Shown here: piece by piece, positions 22,324-31,415 of the stretch
Layout of the letters: each line of letters opens with the position of its first letter
Position numbering within the stretch: position 1 is the first letter of the stretch
Assembly: GCA_964255285.1 (NCBI GenBank)
Contig: CAXUUL010000087.1
Span: forward strand, 1-34,508
DNA from: Ionaspis alba
Lineage: Eukaryota
DNA length: 34,508 nt
Direction: 5' to 3'
The notes under the pieces: model-generated
What the model was told of the DNA's origin: nothing
Seen by the model: the letters and a program-made list of their open reading frames with translations, nothing else
Database searches by the model: none
Program-made: the position numbers and the translations under genes

Positions 22324-24135
22324 CTACAAACTACAGGTACCAACCCCCGGCCGTTGGAGTCGCAAACCACCAAAACAAACCCCTGTAACCGTGAATGAGG
22401 GAATACCTTCCACAACCCACGACGCTATCTCCAGGTCCTCATCCGATAAGGGAAACTCCAAACAATGAGCTATCCCAAGACGAGTGCTATTGGCTTCGAT
22501 GATAAAATGTGAGAACGGTCCTGTAGTCTTACTCCATGGGATGGCGTTCGGCCAGCTCGCTGCTTCACCATGCCATTCCCAGACAAGTCTTTTCTGTTTC
22601 TCCGAAAGCTTTCCTCGTTCTTCTATCCTGACGTAGGATATGCCAAAGTCATATTCTTCATTGTCCCAAGCAAATTTCGGTATGATCGACAGCCTATCGA
22701 GTTGCAGTAATTTCTGTGGAAGCAGTGCTCCGAAATTCACCACACAATAGATACCGACCTCGACCAGGGTCGCATTTCTCGGCTTGCCTTTCAGTGTGAA
22801 GCATAGCTCGGTTGGTGATGACGTGTTATAAGGTAAAGGAAAATGTTGATAATTCAGGCGAGTGAGCTGGTCCTCTTTGAAGGCTGCATAGAGACCGACC
22901 GTAGAGCTACGGCTTGTTCTTGGCCTCGAAAAATCAACCCTCATGGTGTGATCAATGCTGTTCTGTATGGCAGTCTTGAATAGACATAGTAGATAGCGGC
23001 AGGNNNNNNNNNNNNNNNNNNNNNNNNNNNNNNNNNNNNNNNNNNNNNNNNNNNNNNNNNNNNNNNNNNNNNNNNNNNNNNNNNNNNNNNNNNNNNNNNN
23101 NNNGCCCCATTCATGGAGCATATTTGAGACATCTCGCATTAGCAAAAGCTCACTTACTAGTCCCGTATTAGTACCACCGCCTCCTTCAACGGGGTAAGTA
23201 ACACGTGGGTGGGCTGGCACGTTGGTGTTCTGAGCCCAGACGTCGATGCCGAAGTAGATCTTCGATCTCTCGATGCCAGTTGCAGCAGCGAGTCTGGCCG
23301 AATCCTGCATCTTGGCGTCGGTCCATTTGTAATTGGTGAACAGCGCATCTGCAGCATCAGCAAACCCAAGATTCTTTGCCGTCAGGCCATTCTGGTATCT
23401 CAAATCGTTACTCGAATTCAGAGCATCGTACCAAACGACTTGACGCTCATTACCTAATGCTTGCTTCAAATTGAATATGAACGCGATCATTTTGTCAGTG
23501 GCATTGTAGGGAAATTCTTTTTCTATATTGAGCAACCAGCCGTCGAAACCAAAGGCTTCGGCCATTGACGCCAGACGTTCTGCAAATTTGTACTTCCCAT
23601 TATGCATCGTGAGGAGACGTTCAACATCTGTACTTTGCGGCTCGACAATGAAAGTTCCCAGTACTTTGACACCATTTCGGTGCAAGGTATTCGTCCACGT
23701 CGGAGGAGGCACGCAGACCAGCTTATGGGAGAAGTAGATGAAGGTATCGACATATTGTAGGTATGAGCAGCTATATAGCTCCTCCTCCACTGGCTTAGGT
23801 CGTACGCTTTCATAGTCGTGATATCCACCCTTATAATCATGGCATAGCATCAGCTTAGTCCTGTTTCCCGCCTGATTGTGTGCGCATGTTCCAGAGCGTG
23901 GTAACAATGGAGTATTGGACTGCTGGACAGGATCTACGTCTTTAGGTGTCCATTCCTCGATCTCGTCGAAGGTGTCGAAGTATGCGAATCCTTTGAGCGC
24001 ATCTTGCAGCCGCAAAGCTCGTCTTTCCGCCTTTGTCGGGCCATTGTCCTTTAGAGGTGGGCGTAGTATGTCTCGCAGCTTCTTTCCAGCATGCCATCCT
24101 ATGTGCTTCCAGTCTGCGACATTCAGAGTGGCCAT
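22324..24135 (-). CDS. Cytosolic endo-beta-N-acetylglucosaminidase, glycoside hydrolase family 85 (middle missing in gap)
   Basis: LCHDYKGGY, YVDTFIYFSH, PPPTWTNTLHRNGVKVLGTFIVE, FGFDGWLLNIE (catalytic N/E), VVWYDA, FTNYKW, YFGIDVW, GGGGT. ATG at 24135. An intron donor GTAAGT at 23157 runs towards the N gap, so the 605-aa ORF-track join is not the true protein. Confidence 0.93.
   Translation of the reverse strand: MATLNVADWKHIGWHAGKKLRDILRPPLKDNGPTKAERRALRLQDALKGFAYFDTFDEIEEWTPKDVDPVQQSNTPLLPRSGTCAHNQAGNRTKLMLCHDYKGGYHDYESVRPKPVEEELYSCSYLQYVDTFIYFSHKLVCVPPPTWTNTLHRNGVKVLGTFIVEPQSTDVERLLTMHNGKYKFAERLASMAEAFGFDGWLLNIEKEFPYNATDKMIAFIFNLKQALGNERQVVWYDALNSSNDLRYQNGLTAKNLGFADAADALFTNYKWTDAKMQDSARLAAATGIERSKIYFGIDVWAQNTNVPAHPRVTYPVEGGGGTNTGLVSELLLMRDVSNMLHEWGXXXXXXXXXXXXXXXXXXXXXXXXXXXXXXXXXXCRYLLCLFKTAIQNSIDHTMRVDFSRPRTSRSSTVGLYAAFKEDQLTRLNYQHFPLPYNTSSPTELCFTLKGKPRNATLVEVGIYCVVNFGALLPQKLLQLDRLSIIPKFAWDNEEYDFGISYVRIEERGKLSEKQKRLVWEWHGEAASWPNAIPWSKTTGPFSHFIIEANSTRLGIAHCLEFPLSDEDLEIASWVVEGIPSFTVTGVCFGGLRLQRPGVGTCSL
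23004..23103. other. Scaffold gap with non-duplicated flanks (real missing sequence inside GH85 gene)
   Basis: 100 N, and the flanks share no repeat, unlike the other two gaps. Confidence 0.85.
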
Positions 24136-24813
24136 GCTCAAGGCTATTGGTCAGCGGTCCAACTGGAAAGTGATAACTATGAGCTCTTGACCGTAAGCAT
24201 TACGCTGAGTCTCAGCTAGTGCTGTGCCTTGTGCAATCGAGTTGATAGAAAGCTAGCTTTCATCTCAGTCTGAATTTCATCTTGGCAGTCGAGTGCAAGC
24301 CAATCAGAGGCCCGCAAGATAGTGGAGCCGTTCAGATCTCGTTTGTCAAGAAGCTTAAAGTGACCTTGAAGTCTTCCCAGAATGCGCTTGGGCCATAAGG
24401 GTTCAGTACTAGTTGTTTAAGACCTATACGCAGCTTGAAAAAAAGCAGAAGTTTTGCGGCCTCTATTCATTCCTTTGGAACCAGAAGCTAGGTGCATTGA
24501 GCAATAATAGTTCTTGAATACGGAGTGATTTACATTTCGAAACACGTTCGTTACGAAACTCGTCTACTCGCTTACTCCCGCTGCGGCTCAAAACCCGTCA
24601 AGGCGCAGAGCTAGCCAATCCTTGCCAGTGGTAAGGTGTCCTAACTTCGCGGCATTCGACGAAAGTTGTGTTGGAAAACACATCCGGTCACTCCATAGAC
24701 TTCGCTTTCATATTCGGGCACGACTGTCACATCGGAATTAAATTCAACCAGGAGTATTTCTGCATTCAAGAGATATTTTTGTCGTATGCCCTCTACCTTC
24801 AAGCGCTACCACC

Positions 24814-25751
24814 ATGAATATCTTCCGCATAGTTGGTGAGAGCTCCGGTTGCGGTCAAAAAATCGAAGAGCCATTGGCGCTGACCAAACCCTCCTTTTGT
24901 CAGCGGATCTGTCGCATCTCCTCTCGATATTCATCCTCTTGCAGAAGATGAAGTCGTCCAATGTATGCCGGGTCCTCCGCGCCGACATCGGCACAAAGAC
25001 TGACTGCTCGTCCAGAGCTGCTCCGGCATATCGTTCAAGTCGCAGGCGCTCTACTTCCTTGTGTACGCCACAAGATATCTTGGTATGGACGGATGGAGTC
25101 GCATTCATGGCCAAGGATCTGCGGACTGATCGTGGTTCTCGTCAGATATTTTTTGGACCTTCACGGATTCGGCGTGGAACACCAGCTTTAAGCTGCTCTT
25201 TCTTTCATCTTCGGCATACACAATCTACCTCATGATCAACGACTACAAGCCGACTCATGACCCAAACATCGATACCTTCAAAGTGCAATATCTGCTAGGA
25301 GGAAGCGCCGTTCTCGCGATCCTATTCCCATACAAATATGAGTTTACGGAGGTAAGAAGAGTGGCCGGCGCATGAGAATCGGGATTGACAAAAGTCAGAT
25401 GTTGTGGACGTTCTCAATATGGCTAGAATCGGTTGCTATCCTGCCTCAGCTATTCATGCTGCAACGGACTGGGGAAGCAGAAACGATCACGACACACTAC
25501 TTGTTCGCTCTAGGAATATATAGAGCGCTGTATATTCCGAACTGGCTCTATCGGTACTTCGCGCAAGGACATGTGGACCAGATTTCGTGGATTGCAGGAA
25601 TATTGCAGACCATATTGTATTCCGACTTCTTCTGGGTTTATTATACCAAGTGAGAGCCTTTGTTCCCTTGCTCTAAGTGGTACGACCTCAGGCTAACGGC
25701 ATCGGATGTTGTAGGGTAATGCAAGGCAAGAAGTTCAATTTGCCGGTATAG
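24814..25751 (+). CDS. ERD2: ER lumen protein-retaining (HDEL/KDEL) receptor, 6 exons
   Basis: Introns 24836-24903, 24963-25015, 25083-25145, 25352-25398, 25650-25714 give [99 protein letters not shown]. Confidence 0.98.
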
Positions 25752-28252
25752 AACGCGGTGTAGAAGCTGGCTTCTGCTAGTGTTGGGGACTTAATTCTCT
25801 CGTAGTCAGACGCTTTTCTGTGTGTGTAAAGCGAATAAAAGAAGAACTCACACAACAGCTGATCTTAGCATGAACCTCCTGCAAGCTGTTTCTCCAGCAT
25901 GCTCTCGTTCCAGCCAGCCCTCTCCAGAAAATGTATGGGTGCCTCTTCAACTATCCCGTGTGCAATCGCCGTGGCATCTCGGTCGCAAAGTCTACACATC
26001 TTCAGCATTAGCAGCGTTGCTTTCAAGACATTTCCCCGTCTGCTTGTCTCCCTATAGGCTGTTGCACGTATGCTATGTTTATTGCATCGTTACACTTTGG
26101 CTTCAGCAGTATCAGAGTATGAACTAAGGTCAGCATTCTGGTGGTCCTCAGGCTCCATACTTTCCTTGCAATCTATCCTGCAACCTGCCTGTCCGAGTGC
26201 TCATGCTTACTTCGGAGGTATTCTCGTGCTGCTTTGGTAGGTGGTGACGCCAATGACATTTCCTATTCTGAATGTACGGGGACGCGAAAGGTCGACCTTC
26301 AGTGGTCGGTACAGCTGCAAAGATGATCAAAGCCTTCAACGGACGATATGGTCAGCGTTCGCCTACAGTAAGACCCCTGTCTTCAATTCTCTGAATCACC
26401 ATGCCGCACCATCTCCTTGTCCCCCGCTGAGCGAGCCTTCCTGCTTTGTGGAGGTCAATCGTGCCTCGAATTCGACTTGTCTTTTACCTACTCACCAGCA
26501 CATATACCTACAGACAGCAACTGACATACGGCATTGCTGATCCTCAGCAATATGAGAAGCAAACGAGAACGACCCATTGTGAAGCACTGTGTAAGAAGAG
26601 TCTCCGCGATATTGCCGAGGAGAGCCTTCTGATAACCACTTGATCTCGATTTGGTTTGCTGGACAAGTCGACGCGCCGGACATCATACGCGAGGTTCTCT
26701 ATGGCTCCGCCAAGAGAAAAATCGTTCTCCGCTCCTTCTCATCCTTCTGCCTTCATCCAGTGTTAACTGAGAGTTATGGAGCCATGGTTGAAAGTGGGGT
26801 CTGCAACAATTACCTCTAGTTAAATTGCCACTGGAGTCCTATGTTATGATTTTTTGTTTGTATTATTTCTCGCTTTCTTACTGGCGGAACCGCTGTTGGA
26901 GGGCGAAGGCTTCGTGGTTCCATGGATCGCTTCACTACGGGACGCACTTTCCGCGAGGGCGCTAGGGTTTTAAGCTTCAAAAATCGAAGCGAAGCGCAGA
27001 AAACTCAAGCGCGCATATCAAATCAGACTGCACGTCACGTGCTTTCGCGTTGCAGTCCAACACGCAAAACACAGATTGATGGGCAAAGACTGTGACAATA
27101 ACAGAGGTATACATGCACTGGTATCGTCGATATATACAGAGAGAGGACACAAAGATGATTGACCTCTTCTTCAAGGTAGGATTTTCCCGTCAACTGTCCC
27201 CTTGTGCGTAAGCCGCGCTGATACCACGTCAAGCTTCCTTCGAAGGCCACTGTCGTCACTGCCGCTAGACAGCGGAAAACTTGGGACCTCTTGAGCTTTA
27301 GTTCGTTCTCCGCTAGGCGGTGCTGCAAATTTTGCACGACCGTGAAGGCCCCGTGGCCTCTTCGGCCTCCGTATGTGATCCTTGTCTAGCTTCTGGTCTC
27401 AGCTAGAGCCATTTCTGTCGTTACTAATTGAGCCTCCAACATGATCTCAGTATCTTCACCCTTGCACTCGTCCTCGGACCAGGCGCAAGCCCTGTACGGG
27501 TACTTATTCTAGCTTACCGAAACTCTCTGTGTTCTCTGGATAATCTCACCATGAGGCATTTGCGGAGTGCTCCCAGAAGGACAGGCTTTCCCTGTTGGGA
27601 CGTCTCAGGGGTGGGATCTCTCTTCCGAGGTCAACCAAAGTTCCCTCACAAAAGTCAAACCGTGGTCGTCTTGTCCGAGACTTGCCTTAGAATGCTATGG
27701 TGGCTTCTATTTCGATGTAGGAATACGCGCGAGACAGATGGGCAAGCTTTGGAAACCCAAAATTGACTTTAGCGATTCGGCTCCGCGCGGTTCACCATTC
27801 CCAATGCTGCTGAATGGGCTGACCTGCGCCTTTTTTAGAATGATTCTTGCATAGCGGTACCAGGCAAAACCTTCGTTCTTGGCCAGTATTTGTGTATCAC
27901 TCCTCTTCGTTCCTCAAGCTAGCCCCGAAACTCCAGTGTTGGGGGCCTGGGCTCCGGGTACCCTCTTCGAAGTATTCGCCTTGGCAGCTGGAAAGAGTAT
28001 TGTCTTTGCTCTTCTGACCTGATGGATATTCCAATTCGGCTGTTTGGAGTAGATACCTTTGGAGAGAGTTTGGGTACAGCTCCCGCAGAGATTCGGACAG
28101 AGCAAGCGGCTCACCGTATAAATATGAGAGACACCGCAGTGGCTTTTGTTCTCCAGATTCAACCATAGAGACAATAATACAATTGTACTCTGACGACACA
28201 TTCATTGCATAACTGCTCATTCGTGAATTGACTTAATTGATAATCATACGAG

Positions 28253-29295
28253 ATGCCTGCCCAACACAATCTCTCTGTCGCGGAAGCCATACCTTTCAGC
28301 TATGTCCCTCAATCTGCACGCATTCAAGGCGTCGTAGAGGACCTGGATGTGGTAGATCCAGAGCTCCCATCAGTTCAAGCGACGGCCACCCTGATCGAAA
28401 AGAAGAAAGCCGAGTACAACACATTGAAGTATGGTGCCGATAAGAAGACCTGCTTCCCAGACATTGGATATTGGACCAATGTCATTGAGTACATGCTTGC
28501 CGTTGAAAGGGACCCGAAGCATACTGGAGATGCAAACGAGACAAGCGCGTGGAGAACCAAATACCGCCTCGTAAGTAATCACGATGAGCCTTCCCTCATA
28601 TAAAGAGCTAAGCAAAACAGCAACCGAATGGCAACACGTGCACCATATGGACCAAGACGAAGAATAGGTACATTGTGACCAAAGAGCAGACTCACAAGGT
28701 TCTGGCATGGGCGCATACGGCGTGCGGACATGGGGGTCGGGATGAAACCTACAAAATGTTGACAACAAGATACCACTCTGACAAGTAAGTAACACTCTCT
28801 CCCATTCGATCAGACATGGGAGGGCGCCTACTAACCCTATGTAGATTGACAAAGGAGTTCATCCTTGAATGGATCGGGCATTGCCCATCATGCCGGGGAG
28901 GCAAAGGCAAGAAAAAGGCCAAGCGGCCTCGCCCAATGCGAATTGCGCAGCGAGATATAATGACGGCGGCCGACATCGACAACATGCTTCCTGATGTTGG
29001 CCTTGGACAATTCAGCGCCGAATATGAGCCCGCTGAGGCCGCCAGCCAACCAATTGGCCTCCAGCAACAGCAGTTCGAGGACTTCTCGCTTGAGCCTGAG
29101 AACATGGCGCCTGCCCTCGAAATTGATCCCACCTTGACTGGCCTCGACACGCCCCCAACGTTTGAGGAATTCTACCAGGCAATATTCGAAATGGAACGCG
29201 GAGACTCCGGATACGAAACCAAGTCCCCAAATCAAACCGCCCTTAACAAAGGGTCAAACGACTCCTTCGACGACTGGATTAATTGGGATCCTTAG
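28253..29295 (+). CDS. Hypothetical protein with integrase zinc-binding (H2C2) domain, basic NLS-like patch and acidic C-terminus, 3 exons
   Basis: Introns 28571-28620 (GTAAGT..GCTAAG..CAG) and 28785-28844 (GTAAGT..CTAAC..TAG) give an uninterrupted frame containing VLAWAHTACGHGGRDETYKMLTTRYHSDKLTKEFILEWIGHCPSC, then KGKKKAKRPR. Confidence 0.8.
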
Positions 29296-29411
29296 AGGAG
29301 AGGGAGGCCGGTGCTCGGCTGTCAGCGAATTAACTCTCACATTCTCGCTACCGCTTATTTCGTTTGTTCAGCATAGACTCGGTGTTAGGTTTGTACCTTA
29401 GAATAGGATTG

Positions 29412-30702
29412 CTAGAGCTCATCATCAGACGTTTCATCATCTTCATCGTTCTCATGATCGCCATTGCCGCTATCCGCTGGCTGAACCTTCGTGCCATCAT
29501 CGCTTCGTGCCATTCCTTCTCCTGCCTCTCCCATCACCCTTCCTCCACTTCGTCCAAATGGCAATTCCCTCCTTGGTGGTGGTGAGGTGGTCTTTGAAGG
29601 AGCAACAGCCTTGTTCTGCTCTCTATCGGTCTCTGGTCGTGTAGCAGCATCGAGATCGTCGTCGTTGTCTGTAGCGGAATTATCAGATCTCTCAGGGGTT
29701 CCTGGTTCGCCTTCATCCGTCGCCACTTTCTGAAAGCTGGAGTCCTCAGAGTCTGACGCTTTAGTAGCAGATTCGGGTTTGACTTTCCGTTTGTTTGTAC
29801 GCGATTTGAACGGAACTTCTGAAGAAGGACCCAATGTAGATCGAGCAGTCTGTATTTCCTCCGCTGCGTAGAACAGGTCAGACAGTGTAAACATTTGGCG
29901 ATGATACGTATAGAACTGCATTTTCTAACGAACCTCTCGATGCGTCTACTTTGGAAGTCGCAAGTAGCCTTTGCTGATCACGGATCTTCAATTTGCTGCG
30001 AGTCAGAAGTTCTCTGAACCTTTCAAGTATCAGGTTCTCGTTCTTGTCCTTATCGCTGATCATATTTTCCACCTGAATTTCGAGCTTCTTGATTCTCTCC
30101 TCCTGCTTAGCACAGTTCTCCTCGAAATCCACTACTTCTCGTTCCAAAGAGTTGCCCCTCTCCACGGCCACACCCACCCACGAAAGGAGCTCAATTGCTT
30201 GGTCTTCATCTCGAGCAAGCGGTATCTCGCCCAATCTTTGATGGATACCTTCGATATTCTTTCTGATCACGATCACGAGCTTAGATTGAAGGATGGTAAC
30301 AACAGCGTCTAGGTTGGCTAAGTCAGGAGCCTTTCCAACATGTCTCTGCTGCAGAAGCACTGAGCGAAGAATATCCTCCCATTGCGAGGTGCTAATGGGG
30401 CTGCTCTTGACAAGATACTTCGATACCTCTCTATGCTTTACTACATTGCCGTCAGTAAGGTTTTGTAACGACCAGAAGATAGGATGCGAACTCCTAATCC
30501 AATATGGGCTTTCTCCTTCGGTTGCCATCAGGTTGAGGTCTAGTGGCTCAACTCCATCGGAAACCGCATTAATCACACAGAACTCCCCCTTCTTGTTACT
30601 GATGGGTAATCTGAGGACATGGTCTGGCACATTCACATTGTCACTACTATCGTCAAGATTACATCCCTTGCTGGTGTAAGAGAAGGAGACATACGAAGCC
30701 AT
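29412..30702 (-). CDS. XRCC4: XRCC4/Lif1-like non-homologous end joining protein
   Basis: Head domain HVLRLP..PLDLNLMATEGESPY..WEDILRSVLL..IRKNIEGIHQRLGEIPL, a coiled coil with RFRELLTRSKLKIRDQQRLLA (ligase IV-binding-like region) and an acidic tail ending ETSDDEL. Introns 30441-30491, 29864-29933 and probably 30647-30694. Confidence 0.8.
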
Positions 30703-31415
30703 AGTGAGAACTAAGTCAGATGAGCGAGGAATCACGAGGATAACGTGATGAATGAACAGGCAGGAACACAGCTACAGAAGTCAGACTCATGGTTGTTTTT
30801 GCTTCAACACATTATAATGCTCCTTCTGCCTGGGGGTGTAGGCCGTTTGTGAACACAAATAATGCTGCCGGTCACCACTACGCGACCGCGCCTTTAGCGT
30901 CATTCGCGAACGAGTATTAAGCCAAACTGGCAGTGGTGTCTCAGAGCTAGCAAGTCGTGCTAGGCGACTGCCAACCTCCTCACTTTTGTCAATCCCAACC
31001 ACGCCGGGCAGCTAATCTCGAAGATTGTACTCGACATATTTCTCACCATCTTCCATCCCAGTTCATGACATTGCAAACCGCTTCACTTACTTAGTCCTAC
31101 CCTTGCAAAGGGTAAGGACATTGGATCCTCGATTGCCGGCCGCCATTGCGACCGCGTCTCGTAAGCTCACTCAAAGACATACCATCGAGACCAACGACTC
31201 CCAGCGAAGCAGAGAGGTCACATTTTCGATGCCTACTCAACCATGAAATAACGGATTCAAACGACGATTTACCGTTTTCAGTTCTTAGCTGTGGTTACAT
31301 TCGTTCACCACTTGCAATACCTCACTCACTCGTTACCAATTGAAAGGGTTGGATCAACACCGCGACGTGTATCGACCTGATTTACGACGATCCGAATCTC
31401 TAACGATTTTTCATA

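Noticed and set aside
24540..24720. Possible tRNA or structured RNA in the GH85-ERD2 spacer
   Set aside because: I could not build a cloverleaf or find properly spaced A/B boxes.
27897..28220. 107-aa ATG-initiated minus-strand ORF divergent from the H2C2 gene
   Set aside because: Only about 30 nt from the opposite ATG, with no motifs or splice support; likely chance.
29412..29430. C-terminal DDEL of XRCC4 as an ER-retention signal linked to nearby ERD2
   Set aside because: The protein has no signal peptide and is expected to be nuclear; the ending is part of an acidic tail.
15824..30702. RAD57 and XRCC4 as a DNA repair gene cluster
   Set aside because: About 12 kb apart with unrelated genes between, and different pathways; there is no evidence beyond proximity.
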